Positions 37,909 through 46,457 of a DNA stretch of 64,000 bases are shown in pieces; position 1 is the stretch's first letter, and each line of letters opens with the position of its first letter. Source of the DNA: Miltoncostaeaceae bacterium (GTDB lineage: Bacteria; Actinomycetota; Thermoleophilia; Miltoncostaeales; Miltoncostaeaceae); contig CAVORO010000003.1 in NCBI GenBank assembly GCA_963698665.1, positions 1,311,831 to 1,375,830 of the forward strand. Direction: 5' to 3'. A program made the translations under genes and the position numbers. The notes beneath the pieces were generated by a model. It worked only from the letters and a program-made list of their open reading frames with translations, was not told the origin of the DNA and did not search any database.

Positions 37909-39051
37909 ATGCGAGTGCTCATCGTGGGTGGCGGGATCGCCGGCCTCGCCCTGGCGGGGCTGCTCCGCCGCCAGGGGCGGGCGCCGGTGGTGGTCGAGCG
38001 GCTGACCGAATACGGCGAGGCCGGGTACAGCCTCGGTCTCAACCCCTGGGGCTCGTGCGTCCTCCATGCCCTCGGCGCGTTCGACGAGTTCATCGACCGG
38101 GGCCGCCCGATCGCGCGCTACGAGATGGTCGACCACGCTGGGGTGACCGTGCAGTCGATCGACATGGACGCGCTCATCGGACGACGTCACGCGATGGTCT
38201 GCATCAGCCGGACCGACCTCGTGGACCTCCTGCGGACAGCCTGCGACGACCTGCCGGTCCGGATGGGGACCACCGTGACCGACGTCGAGCAGGTCGCCGA
38301 CGAGGTGCGCGTGACACTGAGCGACGGGAGCCGCGACGCATACGACCTGCTGGTCGCCTGCGACGGCATCCACTCGGACATCAGGACCCGCGTCCTCGGG
38401 GACGTGCCCCCCGCGGACACGGGTTGGACCGCGTGGAGCTGGTGGGGTCCCGCCGGCCGGCTCCCCCCCGACGTGATCACCGAGTACTGGGGGCGCGGCG
38501 TGCTCGTCGGCCACTACCCGGTCCGCGACCGCTCGAGCTACGTCGCGGCGATGCCCACCGCGGCCCTCCCGCCGGAGGGAGCCGGCGCCGACGACGTCCT
38601 CGACGTCCTCCGCCGCGGGGCAGGGGAGCTCGTCGCGTCGGCGCCGGTCGTCGGGACGATCCTCGACGAGGCGCGAGCGCCGTTTCGCTGGCCGATGCGC
38701 GACGTGCGCGCCCCCGCCTGGTCATCGGGCCGGGTCGTCTTCTGCGGTGACTCCGGCACCGCGTTCCTCCCGACAGCGGGCGTCGGAGCGGCGAATGCGC
38801 TCCGGTGCGCGGCGGTGCTGGCCGACGAGCTGTCGCGTGCGGACGCGGCCCTCGTCCCGCTCGCGATCGAGCTCTACGTCGCGCGGAGCGGGTCCACTGT
38901 GCACGACAACCAGGACGCCTCCCGGCGACTCGCGCACGCGATGTTCGTGGAGGGGCGCGTCCGGGGGAGGGTTCGCGACGAGATCATGCGCCACTACCCG
39001 GTCGAGCGCATCGTCAAGCCGATCGTGGACGCCCTGCACCGGCCGATGTGA
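37909..39051 (+). CDS. FAD-dependent monooxygenase (UbiH/salicylate-hydroxylase-like)
   Basis: MRVLIVGGGIAGLALAGLL..., DLLVACDGIHSDIR, GRVVFCGDSGTAFLPTAGVGAANAL. GGGAGG lies upstream of ATG 37909. Confidence 0.85.
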   Translation: MRVLIVGGGIAGLALAGLLRRQGRAPVVVERLTEYGEAGYSLGLNPWGSCVLHALGAFDEFIDRGRPIARYEMVDHAGVTVQSIDMDALIGRRHAMVCISRTDLVDLLRTACDDLPVRMGTTVTDVEQVADEVRVTLSDGSRDAYDLLVACDGIHSDIRTRVLGDVPPADTGWTAWSWWGPAGRLPPDVITEYWGRGVLVGHYPVRDRSSYVAAMPTAALPPEGAGADDVLDVLRRGAGELVASAPVVGTILDEARAPFRWPMRDVRAPAWSSGRVVFCGDSGTAFLPTAGVGAANALRCAAVLADELSRADAALVPLAIELYVARSGSTVHDNQDASRRLAHAMFVEGRVRGRVRDEIMRHYPVERIVKPIVDALHRPM

Positions 39052-39115
39052 CCGTGCCCCTCCGACGTCCGCGCCGCTGCGGCGCAGGCGCAGGCGCAGC
39101 GAGTACGCTCGGCCG

Positions 39116-39508
39116 GTGGGCGACGCGCGGCAATGGGGTGTCCGGTTCGAGAACGGGACCGGCGCGCCCGCACCCGATCAGGTCGCGGGCTCGTTGGCCG
39201 ACGCGATCCTCCAGGCCACGCACCACCTGGCGGGAAACCCCGGTCGGGTCGGCTGGGTGGTCGAGCGGGCCGCGGGGGCGGTGGTCCGTGAGCACCCGGT
39301 CTGGCGCCCCGACGTCCACATCGACCCGATCCCGTGGGCGGCGTTGGTCCACCTGGAGTGGTCGGGGGTCGACGTCACGGTGACGGCGACCGCCGCCGGC
39401 GCGGTGGTCGCGCTGCGTGGGCCGGATCGGGCGGCCACCGGGACCGGCGCGACGGGGACCGCCGCGGCCGAGGATGCGCTGCGCGCCTGGGCGACCGGCA
39501 CCGACTGA
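39116..39508 (+). CDS. Hypothetical protein (130 aa)
   Basis: High GC3 throughout from GTG 39116 (VGDARQWGVRFENGTGAPAPDQVAGSLADAILQATHHLAG...). No family recognised. Confidence 0.5.
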   Translation: MGDARQWGVRFENGTGAPAPDQVAGSLADAILQATHHLAGNPGRVGWVVERAAGAVVREHPVWRPDVHIDPIPWAALVHLEWSGVDVTVTATAAGAVVALRGPDRAATGTGATGTAAAEDALRAWATGTD

Positions 39509-39529
39509 CGCCCGCCACCGCGCACCCGC

Positions 39530-40580
39530 TCACTCCTCGTCGGCGGTCCGGGTCGTGAGCAGGACCGCGACCCGATCCTGGAGCGCACGAGCGGTGCCGT
39601 GCGACACACCGTTGTGGAGGACGGCGAACGTCAGCATCCGGTTCGGTCCGCCCGCCGTGCCCTTCGGGACGACGTAGCCCGCGAGCGTCGACACCGCCGG
39701 TGTGAAGAGCGTCCCGGTCTTCGCCCGGACGCGACCGGCGGCGGCCGTCCCGACCATCCGTCCGCTCAGCGTGCCCGTGCGTCCCGCCACGGGGAGCCCG
39801 TTGCGAAGCTGCCGGAAGTAGGTCTGCTCACGGAGCGCCACCAGCAGGTCGGCGACCTCGCCCGCGCTCGCCCTGTTGGCGGGCGACAGGCCGGACCCGT
39901 CCGCAAGGCGCGCACGCGCGCCGAGCTCGGCCGCGTACCTGCGCGCCCGGGCGGTGCCGGCCGCGTTCGAGCCGCCCCCGAGGCGGTTCATCAGGACCTG
40001 GGCGCGGAAGTTGTCCGAGGGCCCGAGGATGCCGCCCGCGCTCACGGCCTCGGGCACGTACCTGAGACCGGCGGCGACGGTGAAGACCTTGGTGACCGAC
40101 GCGAGGACCAGCGGGCGCGTGGTGCCCTCGGAAAAGAGCGTCCGTCCGAAGGCGTCGCGGACCTCGATCGCGCTCGAACGCCCGCTGCGCGTCGCGATGT
40201 CGGCGAGTTCCTCCTCGAGGCTCGGTGGCAGGAGCTCGAGCTCGGGCACGCCCCGGAGCGACTCCGTCGGGACGTAGCCGCGGCGGCCGCGGGGGTAGCG
40301 AAGGCGCGCCCACCAGCCGTCCGCGGCCCTCGACGACGCCCTCGAGTTCGGCCGCGCGCTGGACACCCGGCACCGTCCCCCGCACGGGGGCCGCCGACCG
40401 GGGTGCGGTGCGCATCTCGAGCGCCGGATCGACGGATCGGACCCAGAACTCGTCCGCGATCGCCGGCTCGCCGGACGGCACCGGCGCCGCCGCCGCCCCG
40501 AGCGAGGGTGTGAGGACGAGTCCGAGCGCCGCGGCGGACACCGCGAGCGCCCGCTGGGCGGAGCGAGGCACGGGCGGCAT
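39530..40580 (-). pseudogene. PBP4-family D-Ala-D-Ala carboxypeptidase/endopeptidase with signal peptide and N-terminal SH3b-like domain; one frame break near 40320-40330
   Basis: The catalytic part is in the frame of ORF 39530..40690 (SVTKVF = SxxK, GPSDN = SxN, KTGTL = KTG). The signal peptide and first half of the SH3b-like domain are in the frame of ORF 39828..40580 (MPPVPRSAQRALAVSAAALGLVLTPSLGAAAAP...VRSVDPALEMRTAPRSAAPVRGTVPGVQRAAELEGVVEG). This continues as DGWWARLRYPRGRRGYVPTESL in the other frame. The span is 1051 nt. Confidence 0.7.
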
Positions 40581-41386
40581 CCTATGCGCTGGTCACGGCC
40601 ACGGCCGCCTGCTCGAGGCGGTTGCAGCACCGCCGACCGCAGCGGAGGTGGTCCGGGCGCCGCCGCGTATCCCGAGGGGGACGTCGTCACGCCGAACGGG
40701 AGCGGCCCGGTGCCGATGCGTCATTCGCCTCGAGTCGGAGCGGCATCCGTCGCGGTCCTGGCCGCTGCCGCGGCGGCGACCGCGTTGCTCGCCGATCCGC
40801 CCTCGGGCAGCGCCGCGGCTCCTGCCCACGCGTGGAGCCAACTCGCGCCGGCCGCCGCCGGCGTTCCCACCCCTCGCCGCCCCGGACGTCGGCTCGGGTC
40901 CCGAGGTGGTTCCCTACCCGCAGCCGTCCTCGGCGACGGACGTCAACGCCTTCGGCTTCGGGATCCTGCGGCCCAGGCCGCGCGGCGGGTGGCGGGTCGA
41001 CGCGCGCGGCGTCGACGGACGGGTCCAGGCCCGGTGCGCCACGACTCCCGCCTCGGTGAGGTGCGCGCGACAGAGGTGAGCGACCGGCGTCGAGCACCCC
41101 GAGTCGGCGAGGCGTCGCGAACGAGTACCCTGGTCGACGCATCGGAGCTTCACCTCCGCTGCCACGGGGTCGGTCGCTCGCACGGCGCGACCCCAATTCT
41201 CTGCCTGGGGGCCGCGCCTCGGGGCGATCGCGTCGCGGAGCGGTGCGTGCGGGGACCCGGTCGTCTCGGGCGCCGACGATGCCGACTCGGTCGAGCGCGC
41301 GCACCTCGAGGCGCTCCCGAAGGAGGACGGTCCCGCCCGCCCATGCCCGTCGGCGGGTGCCGCGCGCACGGCCCCGGGCGGAGCCA

Positions 41387-41469
41387 TGGGGACGGTGGGA
41401 GTCGAACCCACACCACCTCTCGGTGAGCGGATTTTGAGTCCGCCGCGTCTGCCGTTCCGCCACGTCCCC
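41387..41469 (-). tRNA. tRNA-Leu (anticodon CAA), CCA not encoded
   Basis: Reverse complement: GGGGACGTGGCGGAACGGCAGACGCGGCGGACTCAAAATCCGCTCACCGAGAGGTGGTGTGGGTTCGACTCCCACCGTCCCCA. 7-bp acceptor stem, anticodon loop CTCAAAA, long variable arm, and T-arm GTGGGTTCGACTCCCAC. Confidence 0.9.
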
Positions 41470-41512
41470 GGCGCGGCAGGAGTGTAGCCCCGGACGGGTC
41501 GTCGCAGGCGAC

Positions 41513-41902
41513 TCAGCGCGTCCCCGTCGCGTGCCCGTCGGCCTGGGCGGCCGCGACCATCCGCGACAGCTCCAAGACCAGCGCCCGCGACGGCGCCGCC
41601 TGCGGATTCGTTCCCGTCCAGCCGGCGATCACCGATCTGCGCGACACTCCGTCGAGATCGGTGCGCCACTCGCACGAGGGGCCGTCGCGCAGCGCCGCGG
41701 GGGCGTCGACGTTCGGCGGAAGCGCGGTGATCCCGGCGGCACGGGTCCGCTCCGCGAGCAGCGTGCGCGTGGGCGCGTCGAGGGACGCGATCCGGCGCCA
41801 GCGCTCGTGGGCCACGCTCACGTCGACCGCGCCGTCCAGCGCCACGCGCATGCCGCTGCCCCCGGGCCGGCACACGTAGCCGACGATGAGCCCGTCGCTC
41901 AC
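41513..41902 (-). CDS. Hypothetical protein (129 aa), translationally coupled to the upstream multidomain protein
   Basis: GTG 41902 overlaps the upstream TGA (GTGA). VSDGLIVGYVCRPGGSGMRVALDGAVDVSVAHERWRRIASLDAPTRTLLAERTRAAGITALPP... has high GC3. No family recognised. Confidence 0.6.
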   Translation of the reverse strand: MSDGLIVGYVCRPGGSGMRVALDGAVDVSVAHERWRRIASLDAPTRTLLAERTRAAGITALPPNVDAPAALRDGPSCEWRTDLDGVSRRSVIAGWTGTNPQAAPSRALVLELSRMVAAAQADGHATGTR

Positions 41903-43416
41903 GGGAGGGACGCGCTCGTTCCGGCGTTCTCGACGCCGGTGTCGATGGAGAACGCGGGCGGCGTGCCGGTGCCGCCGTAGGAGAAGGACTCGGGGGAGAT
42001 CGAGTTGAGCGCCTCGAGGAAGGTCACGTAGTGCTGCGGCGCAACGACGTTGCCCACGGACATGATGTTGTCGTTGTTCTCGACCACGGGCGGCGCGACA
42101 CCGCCGCCCATCGCCGGCAGGGCGGCGTGGTCGGGCGCCGCGCCGATCACGCCGGGGCTGCCCGCCCCCGGGGCCATGCCGCCGGCCGGGGCGGCGTACT
42201 CGTCGTCGAGCCCGAACAGATGCCCCGTCTCGTGGAGCGCCTTGATCTGCTCCTCGCCGCCGCCGATCCGGATGTCGACCCGCTGCCAGGAGGCGTCCGC
42301 ACCCGCGCCCTCCTCGCCTTCGGCGACCACGGTGATCCGGGCTCGGTCGATCCCGTTGGCCGCGAGATGGTCCGCGACCCCCTGCGCGCGCCTGCGCGAG
42401 AGGCGAAGGTTGTCGCGCGCATCGCCCGCGGTCGAGGCGTGGCCCGTGACGGTGATCGGCGCGCCGCCGCCGGGCGTGCCGGGCGCTTGATCGACGATCA
42501 GCTTGTCGAGGTGCATGTCCCCTGGGTCGCCGGCGACCTCCTTGCTCGTCGACACCGACGCGTAGAGGTCGTCCGACCCCTCCTGGTACTCGAGCGAGTA
42601 GTTGAGCCATTCCTCGGTGACCCCCATGTGCGCGCTGCTCATCTCGAGGGTCGCGCCGGTCGCACCCGCGCCCGAGGTCATGCCCGCGCCCATGGACTGG
42701 TCACCGGGCGGGGCCTTGTACACCGTCGCCTTGCAGTGGTCGTCGGGCAGGTGCCCCTGATGGACGTCCACCTCGACCGACACCCCGGCGTAGAGATCCG
42801 GCCAGCGGTCGGAGACGAAGTAGTGCTGGTCGCCCCACGCGTCGCGCACCATGGTCGCGTAGTCGGCCGCGAGCGTCGCACGCTCACCGGCGCTCCAGCG
42901 CCAGTTGGTGCGGATCTCGTTGCGGCGCGCGCCCGCGCTCGGGAAGCGCGCGTTGACGTCGGCGGCCGCGGCCGCGAAGTCGGGCGTGAGAGGGATCGCC
43001 ATGTGCCGCCGGTCGACGCCGAGGGACGGCAGGAACTCGAATCCCACGCGCAGGCGCACGCGCAGGATCTGCGCGTGCGGGTCATAGACCACCTCGAACC
43101 CGCCTCTCCCGGTTGCCGACTGGAAGTCGACGCCCGCCGGCGTCGGCATGAGCCCACGGGCGACGAAGGCGTCGCGCGCGGGGTCGCCGGCCCGCGCGAG
43201 CGCCCGGAGGTGCCGCGCGACATGCGCGTTCCCCGCCCCTTGCTGGAGCGCCAGCACCGCATCGGGCCGTGGATCGCGCGCGAGCCGGGGGGGCGGTTGG
43301 AGGCGCACGCCGAGGTCGTCGCCAGGCGCGGGCGGTTCGCCCCTTCGGCCCTCGACACGCGTTCGTGCGCGGGACACGCGGCGATGCTCGTCGGTGCGCG
43401 GGCGGCGGTCAAGCAC
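41899..43416 (-). CDS. Multidomain protein: N-terminal LQxxAGNxxV motif, unknown central region, OmpA/MotB-like peptidoglycan-binding domain, HExxHxxGxxD zinc-metallopeptidase motif
   Basis: 505-aa ORF with very high GC3. aa 55-70: LALQQGAGNAHVARHL. aa ~321-369: ITVTGHASTAGDARDNLRLSRRRAQGVADHLAANGIDRARITVVAEGE. aa 392-406: ALHETGHLFGLDDEY. No signal peptide. The start (GTG 43416) is uncertain. Confidence 0.8.
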   Translation of the reverse strand: MLDRRPRTDEHRRVSRARTRVEGRRGEPPAPGDDLGVRLQPPPRLARDPRPDAVLALQQGAGNAHVARHLRALARAGDPARDAFVARGLMPTPAGVDFQSATGRGGFEVVYDPHAQILRVRLRVGFEFLPSLGVDRRHMAIPLTPDFAAAAADVNARFPSAGARRNEIRTNWRWSAGERATLAADYATMVRDAWGDQHYFVSDRWPDLYAGVSVEVDVHQGHLPDDHCKATVYKAPPGDQSMGAGMTSGAGATGATLEMSSAHMGVTEEWLNYSLEYQEGSDDLYASVSTSKEVAGDPGDMHLDKLIVDQAPGTPGGGAPITVTGHASTAGDARDNLRLSRRRAQGVADHLAANGIDRARITVVAEGEEGAGADASWQRVDIRIGGGEEQIKALHETGHLFGLDDEYAAPAGGMAPGAGSPGVIGAAPDHAALPAMGGGVAPPVVENNDNIMSVGNVVAPQHYVTFLEALNSISPESFSYGGTGTPPAFSIDTGVENAGTSASLP

Positions 43417-43464
43417 ACGGCGCGCGCGGCCGCCGTGTTTCGGCGGGTCCGTGTCCGGAGGCCC

Positions 43465-44829
43465 TCAGCCCACTTCGGCGTCCGCGGCGCGCGGTGCCTG
43501 CGCGGCCACGATGCCCGTGAGCGCCCGCAGCACCGTCGGGTCGAACGCCCCGGCGCCGAGCACCCGCAACCGCTCGAGCGCCGCGGCCGCGCCCGACGAT
43601 GCGTCGCGGACGTCGAGGAAGGCGATCGTGCATGCGACGACCCGGGACTCCGCGGGGATGTTCGCGCCGACGAGGCCGTCGGGCACCCCCGTCCCGTCCC
43701 AGCGTTCGTGGCGGTGCAGGGCGATCGGCACCACGGCGCGCAGCACCGGCGAGCGCGCGAGCACGCGCGCATCGGCCCGCGCGCACTCCGCACGGGCCCG
43801 GCGCTCGATCTCGTCGTGCCCCGCCCATCCGAGCCGCGACCCGGGGGTGCCCAGTCCGACGTCGGCCGCGAGCGCTGCGACGCGGCTTCGCGCCACCTGC
43901 CCTGGGTCGAGCCCCGCTCGTGCCGCGACGAGCCCGCTGAGCCGGGCGGCCTCCAGGGCGCGGGCGACCCGCGCGGCGTCGCCGCCGCCGGCACGCTCGA
44001 CGAGCGCGAGCGCCTCGGCCTCGCCGTCGCCGTCGCGATCGCCGTCGGGCGCATCACGGCCGAGCGCCCACGCGCCGACCGTGCGTCCACCGCCGCCGGC
44101 GCGGGCATCCGCCAGCGCCCGTTCGGCGGCATCGACGAGGGCGGCCGGCGACGGGACCGCCGGGCCACCCAGCGCCACCCCGATCGACACGGGGATCGGC
44201 GCCGCGCCGTCCTCGGTGCCGGCCGGTCCCCGCGCGGCGGTCCGGAGCTTCTCGCAGACGCGCTCCGCCGCGGCCACGTCCGGGACGTCGACGGCGAGGG
44301 CCGCGACCCGCCCGCCGTGCCAGCGGACGACCTCGTCGCTCGCCCGGAGCGATGCGCGCATGCGACCCGCGAGCGCGTCGGTGAGCGCCGCCCCCGCGGT
44401 GGGGCCGAGGGCGGCCGTCCGCGCGTCCAGCTCGTCGGGATGGACCACGAGGAGGGCCGGGGTCGTCCCCCGTCGCGCGAGCTCGCGCCGGAGCGCCGCG
44501 AGCAGGTCGCTCGCGGCCCCCGTCCCGGCGCGCTCGGCCACCGTCCCGGCACCGGCCGCGGCCCCGACCAGGGCGGCGAGCTCGTCGAGGGCCGCGACGT
44601 CCTCGTCCGTCCACCCCCCGGACGCCCGGCCGAGCACCGCGATGCGCCCGAGCTCCGCGCCGTCGCGCCCGCGGATCGGCACGCCGAGCGCGCGACGCAG
44701 GCCGCGCCCCAGGACGTCGAGGCCCGACCCGCCACTCGCGGGCCGCCCGGTGTGGTCGGTCAGCACCACGAGGCCGGTCGGCGCGCCGGCGGCGCGCGCG
44801 GCGGTACGCGCGAGTCGATCGAGGTCCAT
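43465..44829 (-). CDS. GAF / degenerate GGDEF / HD-GYP signalling protein (c-di-GMP phosphodiesterase-type)
   Basis: From ATG 44829: a GAF-like N-domain, then a GGDEF-like domain with a degenerate signature (RWHGGRVAAL in place of GGDEF), then the HD-GYP motif HRHERWDGTGVPDGL. Confidence 0.8.
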   Translation of the reverse strand: MDLDRLARTAARAAGAPTGLVVLTDHTGRPASGGSGLDVLGRGLRRALGVPIRGRDGAELGRIAVLGRASGGWTDEDVAALDELAALVGAAAGAGTVAERAGTGAASDLLAALRRELARRGTTPALLVVHPDELDARTAALGPTAGAALTDALAGRMRASLRASDEVVRWHGGRVAALAVDVPDVAAAERVCEKLRTAARGPAGTEDGAAPIPVSIGVALGGPAVPSPAALVDAAERALADARAGGGGRTVGAWALGRDAPDGDRDGDGEAEALALVERAGGGDAARVARALEAARLSGLVAARAGLDPGQVARSRVAALAADVGLGTPGSRLGWAGHDEIERRARAECARADARVLARSPVLRAVVPIALHRHERWDGTGVPDGLVGANIPAESRVVACTIAFLDVRDASSGAAAALERLRVLGAGAFDPTVLRALTGIVAAQAPRAADAEVG

Positions 44830-44934
44830 GGGCGGTGGCGCTCGGGGACGGGGTGTCGGGCGCGGCGGGCACACCGCGCTCTCGGACTTCATCGACCTCC
44901 GCCAGGGCCGGCGTGAGCCGCGCCCCGTCGGTGG

Positions 44935-46377
44935 CTACACCGGCGCGAGCGCCTCGGTCTCGGTCGGCGTCCGCCGGGCGAGCCCCTCGCTCGACGCCAC
45001 CTCGATGACCTTCGCGGCGACGGCCGGGGCGACCCGCCGGTTGAACACGCTCGGGATGATGTAGTCGGGGTTCAGCTCGTCCTCGGGGATGCAGTCGGCG
45101 ATCGCCTCGGCGGCCGCGACCTTCATGGCCTCGCTGATCTGCGTCGCCCGGCAGTCGAGCGCCCCGCGGAAGATGCCCGGGAACGCCAGCACGTTGTTGA
45201 TCTGGTTCGGGTAGTCGCTCCGGCCCGTCGCCATGACCGCGACGTGCGGCGCGGCGAGCTCGGGCATGATCTCGGGAACCGGGTTCGCCATCGCGAACAC
45301 GATCGGGTCCGGCGCCATCGAGCGCAGCTGCTCGACCGAGAAGGTCCCGGGCCCCGAGAGCCCCAGGAACAGGTTCGCGCCGCGGATCGCCTCGGAGAGA
45401 TCGCCCCGCACGCCTTCGGGGTTGGTGTGCTCGGCGTACCACTCCTTCATGAAGTTCATGTTCTCGGTGCGCCCGCCGTAGATCGCGCCGCGCGTGTCGC
45501 AGCCGATGATGTTGCGCACGCCGGCGTTCATGAGGATCTTCGAGCAGGCGACTCCCGAGGCCCCGATCCCGTTGACCACCACCTTGAGGTCCTCCATGCG
45601 GCCGCCCGTGAGCTTGAGGGCGTTGATCAGGGCGGCGAGCACCACGATCGCCGTGCCGTGCTGGTCGTCGTGGAAGACCGGGATGTCGAGCATCTCCTTG
45701 AGCCGGTCCTCGACCTCGAAGCAGACCGGGGCGGCGATGTCCTCGAGGTTGATCCCGCCCCACACCGGGGCGATCGCCGCGATCGTCTCGACGAGCTCGT
45801 CGGCGTCCTCGGAGTCGATGCAGATGGGATAGGAGTCGACCCCGCCGAACTCCTTGAAGAGCATCGACTTGCCCTCCATCACGGGCATGCCGGCGATCGC
45901 ACCGATGTTCCCGAGGCCGAGGACCGCGGTGCCGTTGGTGATCACCGCGACCATGTTGCGCTTCATGGTGAGGTCGAACGCGAGCGAGGGATCGTCGTGG
46001 ATCGCCCGGCACACCCGCGCGACGCCGGGCATGTAGGCGATCGAGAGGTCGTCGCGCGACTCCAGCGGGAGGCGCGTCTCCATCTCGATCTTCCCGCCCT
46101 GGTGCATGCGGAACGTGCGGTCGTCCGAGGAGTGGACCTCGACGCCGTCGACGGAACCCGCGGCGGCGACGATCGCCGCGGCGTGATCCAGGTCGGAGGC
46201 GTCGACGACCAGTTCGCGGACCACCTTCGTCGTGGTGGCCTCCACGACGTCGATCGCGCCGATGTCGCCCCCGACGGCGCCGATGGCCCCCGCCAGCTCC
46301 CCGAGCAGGCCCGGCCGGCCGGCATCGATGGCGACCCTGATCGTGACGCTGTACTGCGCGCTCGGCGTGACGGCCAC
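44935..46377 (-). CDS. NAD(P)-dependent malic enzyme with an N-terminal ACT-like domain
   Basis: From GTG 46377: an ACT-like [37 protein letters not shown]. Malic enzyme blocks follow: [70 protein letters not shown]. Confidence 0.9.
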   Translation of the reverse strand: MAVTPSAQYSVTIRVAIDAGRPGLLGELAGAIGAVGGDIGAIDVVEATTTKVVRELVVDASDLDHAAAIVAAAGSVDGVEVHSSDDRTFRMHQGGKIEMETRLPLESRDDLSIAYMPGVARVCRAIHDDPSLAFDLTMKRNMVAVITNGTAVLGLGNIGAIAGMPVMEGKSMLFKEFGGVDSYPICIDSEDADELVETIAAIAPVWGGINLEDIAAPVCFEVEDRLKEMLDIPVFHDDQHGTAIVVLAALINALKLTGGRMEDLKVVVNGIGASGVACSKILMNAGVRNIIGCDTRGAIYGGRTENMNFMKEWYAEHTNPEGVRGDLSEAIRGANLFLGLSGPGTFSVEQLRSMAPDPIVFAMANPVPEIMPELAAPHVAVMATGRSDYPNQINNVLAFPGIFRGALDCRATQISEAMKVAAAEAIADCIPEDELNPDYIIPSVFNRRVAPAVAAKVIEVASSEGLARRTPTETEALAPV

Positions 46378-46457
46378 GCATGCCCCCTGAAGACGACGCC
46401 TCGACTGCGGCGGGCAGCATATCCGGGCGCTCGGGCGCGCGGGGTAGACTCCCGCCC

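Noticed and set aside
40584-41426. 280-aa plus-strand ORF running into the tRNA gene
   Set aside because: Beyond the first ~50 codons it has poor coding bias, and it overlaps the tRNA-Leu on the opposite strand. Only the signal-peptide-like start is retained, as part of a finding.
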